From Candidatus Cloacimonadota bacterium (GTDB lineage: Bacteria; Cloacimonadota; Cloacimonadia; G963667145), in the NCBI GenBank assembly GCA_963676615.1, contig OY781092.1:992001-1056000 (forward strand): a stretch of DNA of 64,000 bases, in the 5' to 3' direction. Each line of letters begins with the position of its first letter. The first letter of the stretch is position 1. Of the stretch, positions 52,303 through 62,305 are shown piece by piece. A program made the translations under genes and the position numbers. A model generated the notes under the pieces. The model saw nothing but the letters and a program-made list of their open reading frames with translations. It was not told where the DNA came from and made no database searches.

Positions 52303-53289
52303 CTAAAAAAGATACGCTGTCACTATGCTCAGGCTAACATCTGGAGAGTGCGAGACCCAAATATCTTCGCCCAAAAAAAATCGCCATTCCCACTTTTTTT
52401 TGCGATACTTCACACCCAAAAAAAGCAGCAACGAGCCGCTATCCAAAATCGCAAAATCGGTGTTTTGATAATACGCCGAACTCCCATTTAACTGCGCCTG
52501 AAAGCTAAAATTTTGCGTAAAAAAATACTCCGCTCCGCCGTTGAGCGTGTAAACAAATCGCTTTTGATAATCTTCCAGCGAAGCAAAATCGCCCAAATAC
52601 GAACAGCTGGCAAAAGCGTCGTAAATCCACCTCTGCCAAGCACGCGATGCGCTCACCGCCAACGAAAAATCTTGGCTCCCGCTGCCAGAGAGTGCTTTTT
52701 TATCGCCAGTAGGCAACTTCCAATAACCCAAAACGCTCGCCCAAGTGCTGCCCGAACTATAAAAATTGTATTTTCCTTTGAGCAACAAATCGCCAAAAGC
52801 CTGTCTCTGTCCAGACTCGCGATAATACGCTCCAGGTAAATCGAGGTAAAAACTCGGATCTTCCAGCCCTCTAATATCAGCTTTGCCAAGCCCCAAAAAC
52901 TTGTGATACTCATCGACAAACTCCCCAAAATTGGAACTTTTTTGCAAAACATACGGAAGCGCAAAACCGACCTGCCAATTCTGCCCAAAACCGTAGTCGT
53001 AAACAAAATTGAAAGTATAGCTATCGCCCTCCATATACAAAATCCGCGCGCCGCTGGTCTTCAGAATCCTCGTGTGCGCCAAATCCGCACCAAGCATAAA
53101 CTTGGCTCCCGGCTTAATCCGTGCTGGCTCTGGGTTCGGCACCCCAAAAACTTGCGCAAACGGCAACTGATTATTCATATAAAAACCGCACAAACTTTGC
53201 GAAAAAGCCCAAAACAAAAAAAATACCGCACATCTTCGCAGACACACGGCAAAATTTTTCGCAGCCTTTGGCACCTGATTTTTCATCAC
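52303..53289 (-). CDS. Putative outer-membrane beta-barrel protein (DUF3187-like)
   Basis: Signal peptide, NQLPF, FGDL, KLPTG...GSGS.D, alternating aromatic strands, C-terminal Phe. Confidence 0.65.
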   Translation of the reverse strand: MMKNQVPKAAKNFAVCLRRCAVFFLFWAFSQSLCGFYMNNQLPFAQVFGVPNPEPARIKPGAKFMLGADLAHTRILKTSGARILYMEGDSYTFNFVYDYGFGQNWQVGFALPYVLQKSSNFGEFVDEYHKFLGLGKADIRGLEDPSFYLDLPGAYYRESGQRQAFGDLLLKGKYNFYSSGSTWASVLGYWKLPTGDKKALSGSGSQDFSLAVSASRAWQRWIYDAFASCSYLGDFASLEDYQKRFVYTLNGGAEYFFTQNFSFQAQLNGSSAYYQNTDFAILDSGSLLLFLGVKYRKKKWEWRFFLGEDIWVSHSPDVSLSIVTAYLF

Positions 53290-53302
53290 AATATTGTAGT
53301 AG

Positions 53303-54181
53303 CTAGGGAATCTCGTGCCTAATCATATTCAAAAGCTCCAGCAGAACCGCATTATTCTCGAATCCCTCAACCACGCCCTGCGCATTTTTGAGCAACTTCC
53401 TGATCATCTTAATCGACTTGTCCAGTCCCTCTACCTCGGGATAGGTCAGCTTGTCGGCAATCCTCTCCACCGTCGCGTTGCCCTCCTTCAGATCCACAAA
53501 AAGCACCGTCTCTCGCAAAATTTCCTTTGCCACCGCAAAATTGAGCGCATACTCCCGCAAATCAAAAGCCACATCTTGGCTCACCTCGCCGTAGAACTCG
53601 CACGCAATACTCACAATCGCCTGAAAAACATTGGCAGTTTTTTTGGTGTGAATATACTTCAACACATTCTCTTTGATTTTTTTGCCAATCGAACTGCTCT
53701 CAACAGCGTAACCAGCGATAGAACCCCTGCTGGAAAAAGCGTCCGCCAGCGTCTTTGTGCAAAAAACAGCCATCTTTGGCTTAGCCAATTCCGACAAAAT
53801 CGCAAACCCTTCGGTAATCAGCGCATCGCCGATAAGCACAGCATTCGCAAACCCATACTTCTGACAACACGGCTCATACTTTTTCTTCTTGTTATAAGTG
53901 TTCAGACACGGCAAATGGTCGTGCTCAAAAATTCCCGCAAAAATAAACTCAATCGCCGCAGCCACTGGCACCATTTTTTTGATGATGCTCGTGTTGTTTT
54001 TTCCCTTGAGAAGCTCATAAATCACAAAAAGAAAAACGCCCCGTTGCTTGCGGCTATCACGCAAAAGCGACCAAAGCATTCCCTGCTTGAGCAAATCTGG
54101 GCAATCCAGATTGTCCATCCGCTCTTTTATAAAATTTTCGATTAGGGCTTTGCGAGAGTTAAAATAATTCCTTATCTTCAA
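53303..54181 (-). CDS. Polyprenyl synthetase (IspA-like) with degenerate aspartate-rich motifs
   Basis: AAAIE..., HDHLPCL, AVLIGDAL, IHTKKTA, KLTYP; two genes upstream of dxs. Confidence 0.75.
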   Translation of the reverse strand: MKIRNYFNSRKALIENFIKERMDNLDCPDLLKQGMLWSLLRDSRKQRGVFLFVIYELLKGKNNTSIIKKMVPVAAAIEFIFAGIFEHDHLPCLNTYNKKKKYEPCCQKYGFANAVLIGDALITEGFAILSELAKPKMAVFCTKTLADAFSSRGSIAGYAVESSSIGKKIKENVLKYIHTKKTANVFQAIVSIACEFYGEVSQDVAFDLREYALNFAVAKEILRETVLFVDLKEGNATVERIADKLTYPEVEGLDKSIKMIRKLLKNAQGVVEGFENNAVLLELLNMIRHEIP

Positions 54182-54392
54182 AATTCCACCTTACTACACA
54201 AAAAACATATTTTAAACGAAAAGAAAAAAAAACGAGGAAAAGTCAAGCTATTTTTCGCAAAATCAAGCAACTAGCAAATTTTGGCGGAAAATTCTTGTCA
54301 AATTCACCCTAGCTTTTTTTGTAAATTTCGACGCAATTTTTTGCCGCTATATCTTTCATTTTCAACCATTTCTCTAGATTAAGGAAAACCAA

Positions 54393-55784
54393 ATGTTACG
54401 AAAAACCAAAAAAATTCATATAATCGGCATCGGCGGCATCGGAATGAGCGGCATCGCTGCCATTTTACTCAAACAAGGCTTCACTATCACTGGCTCCGAT
54501 ATGCGACTCAACGAGAACTGCCAATTTTTGCTGCAAAAAGGCGCAAAAATCACCGAAGGACACGACTCGGCGCTGATTACCAAAGACTTGGATGTCGTGG
54601 TAATCTCCTCTGCAATAAAAAACGACAACCCCGAGGTCGAGACCGCCAAACACCTGAACATCCCCGTGATTAAGCGGGCGGAGATGCTCTCGGAGCTGAT
54701 GAGAATGCGCTTTGGCATCGGCGTGGCTGGCACACACGGCAAAACCACCACAACTTCGATGATTGGGCACATCCTCAACTACGCAAAGCTCTCGCCAACC
54801 ATCATCGTCGGCGGCATTGTCAAAAATATCGGCGCAAACTCACAAATCGGGCAAAGCGACTACATCGTCGTCGAAGCGGACGAATACGACCGCACTTTCC
54901 TCTCGCTCAACCCGATTCTTGCAGGAATAACCAACATCGAGCTGGAGCATATGGACTGCTACAAAGATCTTAAAGAAGTCAAAGAAGCGTTTGTGGAATA
55001 CGCCAACAGCGTGCCATTTTTCGGGCTGGTCGCCGTGTGCCTAGAAGACGAAAACATCAACGACATTCTGCCGAAAATCACCAAAAAAATCGCCACCTAC
55101 GGCTTCTCTCGGCAAGCGAATTTGCGAGCAGAAAACATCAAGTCACACAAAGCGTCCACCAATTTCGACCTCTACTTTCACAACAAATTTTTGGGCGAAA
55201 TTCAGACGAACCTCGTCGGTCAGCACAATGTGCTCAACACTTTGCTAGCGATTTTGCTCAGCCTAGAGCTGGACATTGAGTTCGACACCATCAAAAAAGC
55301 GCTCCAAGAGTTTAGCGGCGTAAAAAGACGCCTGGAAAAAATCGGCACAGCCCAAAACATCCTGATTTTCGACGATTACGCACATCATCCAACCGAAATA
55401 AAGACCACTCTCAAAGGCGTGCGAAACACCACCAGCGGGCGCATCGTCGCGCTTTTTCAGCCGCATCTCTATTCTCGCACGGAACAGTTCGCCAAAGATT
55501 TCGGCAAATCTTTTATGGACGCAGACATCGTGATGATTGCCCCGATTTACGCCGCAAGAGAACAAAAAATAAAAGGTGTGAGCAACGCCCTAATCAGCGA
55601 CGCCGCCATCAGCCACAACCATCAAGGCGTTTACAAAATCGACAACAACCAAGAGATAACCAAAACCGCCTTGAGCATTTTGCGACCCAACGACATCCTC
55701 ATAACTTTCGGCGCTGGAGACATTTATCAATACGGAAGGGAGATTTTATCGAAACTGGAACAGTCAGAACTCACATCAAAATAA
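54393..55784 (+). CDS. murC: UDP-N-acetylmuramate--L-alanine ligase
   Basis: GIGGIGMSG, GTHGKTTT, EADEYD, DDYAHHPTE, FQPHLYSRT, GAGDI. Confidence 0.97.
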   Translation: MLRKTKKIHIIGIGGIGMSGIAAILLKQGFTITGSDMRLNENCQFLLQKGAKITEGHDSALITKDLDVVVISSAIKNDNPEVETAKHLNIPVIKRAEMLSELMRMRFGIGVAGTHGKTTTTSMIGHILNYAKLSPTIIVGGIVKNIGANSQIGQSDYIVVEADEYDRTFLSLNPILAGITNIELEHMDCYKDLKEVKEAFVEYANSVPFFGLVAVCLEDENINDILPKITKKIATYGFSRQANLRAENIKSHKASTNFDLYFHNKFLGEIQTNLVGQHNVLNTLLAILLSLELDIEFDTIKKALQEFSGVKRRLEKIGTAQNILIFDDYAHHPTEIKTTLKGVRNTTSGRIVALFQPHLYSRTEQFAKDFGKSFMDADIVMIAPIYAAREQKIKGVSNALISDAAISHNHQGVYKIDNNQEITKTALSILRPNDILITFGAGDIYQYGREILSKLEQSELTSK

Positions 55785-56542
55785 ACGCCAGCGGCTCTTT
55801 CCCACAAAATTTAGACGAAGTCTCGCAACTGCTGAAAAGCGATTTTGCCATCGTCAGCGGAGGCTCAAACACGCTCCTGACCGGCACAAAAAACATCTTT
55901 TCGGACAAAATGCTCCCGCAAAAAATAAAATTCGGCGAAAACTGCGTGACCGTTTCGGGCGGCGTGAATATCGGCAACCTCATCTGGCAATCCGCCCAAA
56001 AAAATCTCGGCGGACTGGAATTTTTGGCGGGCGTCCCTGCCACCGTCGGCGGGTTGGTCAAAATGAACGCAGGCGCTTATGGTAAAACGATTTGCCCGCT
56101 CGTGCAGTCGGTTTGCACAATCGATAAAAACGGCACAAAAAAAGAGCTGAAAAACTTCGACTACGCCTACAGACACACAGACTTGAGCGGCTACATCTAC
56201 GAAGTTTGCCTTAGGTTGCAACCAAAATCGCAGTCGCAAATACACGCTGAAATAAAAAAAAATATCGCACAAAGATTTGCAAATCAGCCACTTGCGCAGC
56301 CGAACCTTGGTTGCATCTTCAAAAATCCGCCCGCAGGAAAATCCGCAGGAGAGCTCATCGATGCAGCAAATCTGAAAGAAAAACAAATAGGAGACGCCCA
56401 AATCAGCGCAAAGCACGCCAACTTCATCGTCAATCTCGGCGGCGCTACTGCTGCCGATGTTTTGGCGTTAATCGAGCTTGTTCAATCCCAAATTTTTGCA
56501 AAATTTAAAATAAAATTAGCCTTGGAGGTAAAAGTTTTATGA
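55748..56542 (+). CDS. murB: UDP-N-acetylenolpyruvoylglucosamine reductase (start uncertain, upstream of the ORF-track ATG 55910)
   Basis: GGSN motif in frame upstream of 55910; GLEFLAGVPATVGG..MNAGAYG, GCIFKNP, KHANF, LEV. Confidence 0.88.
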   Translation: METGTVRTHIKINASGSFPQNLDEVSQLLKSDFAIVSGGSNTLLTGTKNIFSDKMLPQKIKFGENCVTVSGGVNIGNLIWQSAQKNLGGLEFLAGVPATVGGLVKMNAGAYGKTICPLVQSVCTIDKNGTKKELKNFDYAYRHTDLSGYIYEVCLRLQPKSQSQIHAEIKKNIAQRFANQPLAQPNLGCIFKNPPAGKSAGELIDAANLKEKQIGDAQISAKHANFIVNLGGATAADVLALIELVQSQIFAKFKIKLALEVKVL

Positions 56543-57216
56543 AAAAAAAATATCTTTTAATTTCTTTAATAGCCTTGATTTTCGTTGGAATTTTCGCCTT
56601 TGTCGGCTTGTCGTATTTCAAAATCAGCTCAATCAAGCTAGACGGGCAAACCCAAAGCGACCCTCGTTTTGCCGAGTTTTTGGGCAAAAATCTTTTTGGC
56701 GTGAGCAAACAAGAGCTGCTGAGCAAGCTAAATTCTCCCAGAATAATGGATTGCAAAATCAGCAAAACCTGGCCTGGCACAATCACTATCTCGCCCATTT
56801 TGCGCAAAGATTTTTTCTTGCTAAAAGTCAAAAGCTCCTACATTCCTTTGAGCAAAGAAAAAATCGTGATGGAGTTTCAGGGCTACTCCCCCGTGCCGAT
56901 TATCGACCTTGATTTGTCAAACTACAGCGTTGGCGACACTATCAAAAATCAGAAAATCGACCAGATTTACACGCAGTATGAGCAAATTTTAGCGGGCGAT
57001 CCAGCGTTTGCAGAAAAAATTTCGGAGTTTTTTTACGACGGCGAAAAACTGTATTTTCTCAAATCTTCGCCAACGAATTTCGTCTGCCTTGGAGAAGCCA
57101 AAATATTGGATAAAATCAAGAAACTAAAAAGTCTAGAGAAAAGCATTGACCTGAAAAACAAAATGATAGATTTGTCCTACAAAAACCAACTAATTTACAA
57201 GGAGTCAAGTAGATAG
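56539..57216 (+). CDS. ftsQ: Cell division protein FtsQ/DivIB
   Basis: N-terminal TM, POTRA-like WPGTITI, IDLSY; lies between murB and ftsA. Confidence 0.75.
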   Translation: MKKKYLLISLIALIFVGIFAFVGLSYFKISSIKLDGQTQSDPRFAEFLGKNLFGVSKQELLSKLNSPRIMDCKISKTWPGTITISPILRKDFFLLKVKSSYIPLSKEKIVMEFQGYSPVPIIDLDLSNYSVGDTIKNQKIDQIYTQYEQILAGDPAFAEKISEFFYDGEKLYFLKSSPTNFVCLGEAKILDKIKKLKSLEKSIDLKNKMIDLSYKNQLIYKESSR

Positions 57217-58452
57217 ATGAGTAATTCCAAAAATTTCTGTGTTGTAGATATCGGCACAAACAAAATTTGTGCTGTTATCGCCAGCCCATCTCCAGAGGGA
57301 AAACTAGAAATTTTGGGCACTGGCGAAAGTAAATCACAAGGTTTAAAAGGCGGAATTGTCAGCGACATTTACCGCACCAGAGACAGCCTGCTGGCGGCGC
57401 TTGACCAAGCCGAAAAAGAGGCACAAACCAAGGTGGAATCACTACTCGTGGGCATTTCGGGCGACTATATCGAACACCGCAATGTTGAGGGCACAATCAC
57501 CATCAGCAACTACAACGAAGCCGAGATTAGAGAAAAGCACATCAAAGATGTGACTGACAACGCCAGAAATAAGGCGATGCTCGACAATAAAGATAAAAAC
57601 AACTTGGAAATTATCCATGCTATTCCGCGAAACTACGCCATCGACAACGATCCGACACTCATCGAAAATCCTGTCGGAAAATACGGATGCGAGCTCAAAG
57701 CGGGCATCCACATCATCTTTGCCAAACGGTCGAACCTGCGGGACATCAACAAATGCGTGGAACTAGCTGGCTACAAAGTCGAAAACTTTATCTACAACGG
57801 TTTGGCATCGTCCAACGCCGTTTTGGAAGACGAGCAAAAAAATTACGGTGTCGTTTGCCTGGACATCGGCTCTGGCACATCCGACATCAGCATCTACTCT
57901 GGCGGAACGCTCTGCTACACCAAGGTCGTGCCCACTGGCGGCGAAAGCATCACCGAGGTGCTCGCCATCGGACTAAGCACCAAAACTAACACCGCCGAGA
58001 ACCTCAAGCTCACAGACCTGGCTGACGAAGAGAGCGTTGACATCACCGAGCTTAACGGAGAAAGGGTCAAAACCGTTGCCACACAAGCGATTACCTCCTA
58101 CATCAACTATCGCACCAAAGAGATGGTGGACGAAATCTACAGCAACTTTTTGAACAACGACATCCTGAAAAACATCGAAGTCGGAATCGTGCTTTGCGGC
58201 GGCTGCTCGAAATTGCCCGTCCTGCACGAAATGCTGGCAGAAACTTTTCAGATGTTTATCTGCTCGAAAAAACCGAACCTAAAAAACTTCTGCGGCGAAA
58301 AAGTCACTCGCTTGCAAGATGTGGAATACGCCTCAACCGTAGGGCTTTTGCTACAATATTTGAACAAAAACAACTTGCCAAAAGTCAACAAAAAATTTCT
58401 CAAAAACGATTTTTTTTCGAGAATCACCAAACTTTTTAAAGACTTTGTCTAA
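57217..58452 (+). CDS. ftsA: Cell division protein FtsA
   Basis: DIGTNKI, LDIGSGTSD, AENLK, VLCGG, C-terminal amphipathic helix. Confidence 0.93.
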   Translation: MSNSKNFCVVDIGTNKICAVIASPSPEGKLEILGTGESKSQGLKGGIVSDIYRTRDSLLAALDQAEKEAQTKVESLLVGISGDYIEHRNVEGTITISNYNEAEIREKHIKDVTDNARNKAMLDNKDKNNLEIIHAIPRNYAIDNDPTLIENPVGKYGCELKAGIHIIFAKRSNLRDINKCVELAGYKVENFIYNGLASSNAVLEDEQKNYGVVCLDIGSGTSDISIYSGGTLCYTKVVPTGGESITEVLAIGLSTKTNTAENLKLTDLADEESVDITELNGERVKTVATQAITSYINYRTKEMVDEIYSNFLNNDILKNIEVGIVLCGGCSKLPVLHEMLAETFQMFICSKKPNLKNFCGEKVTRLQDVEYASTVGLLLQYLNKNNLPKVNKKFLKNDFFSRITKLFKDFV

Positions 58453-58462
58453 AGGGGAAATA

Positions 58463-59605
58463 ATGGAAATAGAAATCGCAACACACCCCAAAGCCTACAA
58501 AGGCAACATTAAGGTCTTCGGCATCGGCGGAGCTGGCTCGAACATCTTGTCTTACATCCTCAAAAACTCCAAAAGTTCGTTTCATCCTCTGGCGATAAAC
58601 ACCGATTGTAACGACCTCAATTACAAGAAGTTAAGCAACATTCTCAACATTGGCGCAGAAATCACCGCAGGACTCGGCGCAGGCTCCGACCCAAAAATCG
58701 GGCTGGAATCCGCCAAAGAGTCCAAACAGCTGATAGCCGACGCTCTGGAAGGCACCGACATCCTCTTTTGCCTAGCAGGTCTGGGCGGCGGCACAGGCAC
58801 AGGCGCGACGCCATTCATCATCGAAACCGCCAAAGAGAAGAACATCCTGACCATCGCCGCAGTCACTCTGCCGTTCAACTCCGAGGGAAAAATCCGCCTA
58901 GACAACGCCAACGAGGGCTTATTACGAATAAAAGAACGAGCCGATGTGCTCATCGTTTTCCCCAATCAAAAAATTTTGGAGAAATTTAACAACCTCACGG
59001 TCTTCGACGCCTTCGCCAAAGGGAACAACACCTTTTTGGACATCATCGACAGCGTCTGCCTGACAATGGACGAAACCGGATACATAAATGTCGATTTCGC
59101 CGACATCAAAAAAGTCATCAAAGACAAAGGTTACGCCATTATTTGCAGCGGAACTGGTCGCGGCGAAAACAGAATCGAGGACGCATTCAACGAAATTTTT
59201 GAAAATGTAATCACCACCAATATGAACTTGGAATCTTGTAACTCCGTGATTATCAATGTGATAGGCGGCGACGATCTGCAAATGTCGGAGTTTGAACAAG
59301 CCACAGGCATCATCGCCACAAAAATTCACTCCAATGTCGATGTAATCAAAGGTTTGGTGATGAACGAAGAGCTAACAGGGACGATAAAAATCATCTTGAT
59401 CGCCACGGGGCTGAACATCTCCAACGAATTTGTCAAAGAAGAAAAAGCCGACGAAAATTCCAACCTGAGCTTTATCAAAAAAGACAAGAAAAAAGACGCC
59501 GACAAACTCGTCGCAATCAATCGCATCAAGACAATTCAAAACGCAAAAAATAACTTTTTACCAAATTTTTTGTCCAGCGGCGCCCCCAAAGAAAGCGATG
59601 AATAA
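58463..59605 (+). CDS. ftsZ: Cell division protein FtsZ
   Basis: GLGAGSDP, GLGGGTGTG tubulin signature, PFNSEG, INVDFADI, IATG. Confidence 0.95.
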   Translation: MEIEIATHPKAYKGNIKVFGIGGAGSNILSYILKNSKSSFHPLAINTDCNDLNYKKLSNILNIGAEITAGLGAGSDPKIGLESAKESKQLIADALEGTDILFCLAGLGGGTGTGATPFIIETAKEKNILTIAAVTLPFNSEGKIRLDNANEGLLRIKERADVLIVFPNQKILEKFNNLTVFDAFAKGNNTFLDIIDSVCLTMDETGYINVDFADIKKVIKDKGYAIICSGTGRGENRIEDAFNEIFENVITTNMNLESCNSVIINVIGGDDLQMSEFEQATGIIATKIHSNVDVIKGLVMNEELTGTIKIILIATGLNISNEFVKEEKADENSNLSFIKKDKKKDADKLVAINRIKTIQNAKNNFLPNFLSSGAPKESDE

Positions 59606-60083
59606 AATCGCCATCTACCCAGGAACTTTCGACCCCATCACCAATGGGCATCTGAACATCGTCGAAAAGGCGAGCAAACTTTTTGAAAATGTCATCGTCG
59701 CCGTGGCAAACGACACCGGCAAAAACCCGCTTTTCTCTTTAGCAGAACGGACGACGCTATGCAAAAAAGCGCTGGCAGGTTTTGCAAATGTCCAAGTCGA
59801 AAATTTCGCTGGACTCATCATCGATTATGCGCACAAAAAAAACGCAAACACCTTAATTCGGGGCTTGCGAGCCGTCAGCGATTTCGAATATGAGCTGCAA
59901 CAAAGCCTAACCAACAAAAAACTCTCACCAGAAATAGAGACCATCTTTTTTTTGCCAGATTTCAAAAATCTCTACCTCAGCTCATCTATCGTCAGACAAG
60001 TCCTCTCGCTAGGCGGCGACCTCAAAGATTTTGTCCCAGAAGCCGTCGAAGAAGCTATCATCAAAAAATTGGGAAGAAAATGA
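59598..60083 (+). CDS. coaD: Phosphopantetheine adenylyltransferase
   Basis: YPGTFDPITNGH, RGLRAVSDFEYE, SSSIVR. Confidence 0.97.
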   Translation: MNKIAIYPGTFDPITNGHLNIVEKASKLFENVIVAVANDTGKNPLFSLAERTTLCKKALAGFANVQVENFAGLIIDYAHKKNANTLIRGLRAVSDFEYELQQSLTNKKLSPEIETIFFLPDFKNLYLSSSIVRQVLSLGGDLKDFVPEAVEEAIIKKLGRK

Positions 60084-61105
60084 AACTTTTAAATTCTGGG
60101 TTTAGAATTTTATTCGCCCAAAAACTGTCTTGCAAAAGAGTTTACAACTACGCTATCTCCAAATTCAGCTACCATTTGTCAAACTTCATAAAAAAACCTC
60201 TCGTTTGGGGAGCGCCGCCAGTTGTCAAGATCGAGCCAACCACCTGCTGCAATCTGCGCTGCCCACTTTGCCACACCACCAGAGGCATCCTTAGGCGAGG
60301 CAAAGGATTTATGGACTACGAACTTTACACCAAAATTATCGACTCGCTACAAAAAAAAACCACGATGATAACGCTTGCTCATATGGGCGAGCCCTTTTTG
60401 CACAAAGACATCTACAAAATGATAACCTACGCTCGCAAACAAGGTTACATCGTCACAGGCATAACAAATATGAACTTCCCGCTAGACGCCGAAAAGCTCG
60501 TCAGAACAGGTCTGAGCAAACTTAATGTTTCAATCGACGGCATCTCACAAGAAACTTATGAAAAATACCGAGTTGGCGGAAATTTGCAACTTGCCCTAGA
60601 CAACATCAAAAAAATCGCGCTAGCCAAAAAAAAACTAAAAACTTCGATGCCGCTCATCTCGTTCCGATATATGTATTTTTCCCACAATTCGCACGAAGAC
60701 ATCCAAAAAGTGGAACAACTCGCCAAAGATTACGGAGCAAACGAGATAAAAATCGTCAAACCTTTTATCATCGACAAAAACGACACCAAATTTTTGGACA
60801 AGCAGCACTCCAACTACGAAGTTGACGAAGATGGCTGCTTTCGCCTAAACTACGAAATCCCAGACAAATGCTCGTCAATCTGGCACGAGCTGGTGATCGA
60901 CTACAACGGCGAAGTCGAGATTTGCTGCTTCGACAAACTTTCCACCATCATCGGAAATGTGCAAAAAGAGTCTCCACAAAAAATTTGGAAAAACCAAGAG
61001 TTCCAAAAATTCAGAGCCAAAATTTTGCAAAACCGCAAGCAAATCGAAGCTTGCTCCATCTGTTTCAACGATGCTGGTGTTTGGGAATACAAAAAAAACC
61101 TCTAA
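60080..61105 (+). CDS. Radical SAM/SPASM-domain protein
   Basis: CNLRCPLC, GEP, SIDG, C...CCFD...CSIC SPASM/twitch domain. Confidence 0.9.
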   Translation: MKLLNSGFRILFAQKLSCKRVYNYAISKFSYHLSNFIKKPLVWGAPPVVKIEPTTCCNLRCPLCHTTRGILRRGKGFMDYELYTKIIDSLQKKTTMITLAHMGEPFLHKDIYKMITYARKQGYIVTGITNMNFPLDAEKLVRTGLSKLNVSIDGISQETYEKYRVGGNLQLALDNIKKIALAKKKLKTSMPLISFRYMYFSHNSHEDIQKVEQLAKDYGANEIKIVKPFIIDKNDTKFLDKQHSNYEVDEDGCFRLNYEIPDKCSSIWHELVIDYNGEVEICCFDKLSTIIGNVQKESPQKIWKNQEFQKFRAKILQNRKQIEACSICFNDAGVWEYKKNL

Positions 61106-61144
61106 CCCAAAAATCCTCTCAAAAAAGGCAACTAAAAAAATCTT

Positions 61145-62305
61145 ATGTTCAAAACCTCAAAAGTTTTACTCGTCTCGTTTGGCCATTTTGTGCACGATGT
61201 TTACTCCTCATTTATCGCGCCGTTTTTGCCAATCCTCATCAAAAATCTTTCCCTAAACTACTCGCAGGCGGCGATGCTCAATGTCGCTTTTCGTGCGCCG
61301 TCGATTATCAACCCGTTTTTGGGAATGCTCGCCGATAAAGTAAACCTCAAATTTTTCGTCGTCTTCGGACCGCTTGTTACCGCAGTTTGTATGTGCTTTT
61401 TGGCGGAATGCCCGAGCTACCTTTCGCTGGTGCTTCTGCTGCTATTTTGCGGCACCAATGTCCTGCTGTTCCACATTCCAGCGCCCGTGATAATCAAGCA
61501 CCTCTCGGACAAAATGATCGGCAGAGGAATGAGCATCTATATGCTCGGCGGCGAAGGTGCGCGCTTCGCAGGCCCCATAATCTTCGTATGGGCGGTCGCA
61601 AATCTAGGGCTACACAAACTCTACTACCTCTTGCTGCCCGTGGTTATCGCCACCATTTACCTTTTTTGGAAACTAAAAGACGAAGACATCAAACACGACA
61701 CAAAAACCGACACAAAACGCCTGAGCGCAAAACATTCCTTCAAAAAACACCTGCCGCTAATTTTCGGCATCACAGGGATTTACACCGCTGCGGGCATCCT
61801 CAAATCGGCAGTAACCATCTTCCTGCCGACCTACTACACCGCGCAAGGTCAGAGCATCGTCATCGGCGGCTCAGCCCTTGCAATCGTGCAATTTTTCGGC
61901 GCACTGGGAGTCCTATCGTTCGGCACACTTTCCGACAAACTCTCCAAGCGCAAACTCCTGGTAGCAACAGCAATCGCAGCCTCCGCATTTTTGGCGGGAC
62001 TCGCCCTTAGCTCGGACAAAGTCGCACTCTCCATTGTCTGCCTTGTCGGACTCGGACTCACAATCTTCGCCAGCGGACCAATCCTTCTGGCGGTAATCAA
62101 CAAAGCCGACAAAGACAACCCCGCTTTCGTCAACGCCATCTTTATGGCAATCAACCTGGGCGTCAACTCTCTGATGGCTTTCGCCGCCGGCAAACTTTTC
62201 GACCTCTACGGCTTCCACACCACATTCTACATCGCCGCAGCCGTCAACCTGCTGTGCCTACCATTTATCATTTTCATCAAAGAGCACAAAGATGAAACCC
62301 GTTGA
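61145..62305 (+). CDS. MFS transporter (Fsr-like)
   Basis: GHFVHDVY, P..G.LADK, FHIPA, G.LSDK; about 12 TM segments. Confidence 0.88.
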   Translation: MFKTSKVLLVSFGHFVHDVYSSFIAPFLPILIKNLSLNYSQAAMLNVAFRAPSIINPFLGMLADKVNLKFFVVFGPLVTAVCMCFLAECPSYLSLVLLLLFCGTNVLLFHIPAPVIIKHLSDKMIGRGMSIYMLGGEGARFAGPIIFVWAVANLGLHKLYYLLLPVVIATIYLFWKLKDEDIKHDTKTDTKRLSAKHSFKKHLPLIFGITGIYTAAGILKSAVTIFLPTYYTAQGQSIVIGGSALAIVQFFGALGVLSFGTLSDKLSKRKLLVATAIAASAFLAGLALSSDKVALSIVCLVGLGLTIFASGPILLAVINKADKDNPAFVNAIFMAINLGVNSLMAFAAGKLFDLYGFHTTFYIAAAVNLLCLPFIIFIKEHKDETR

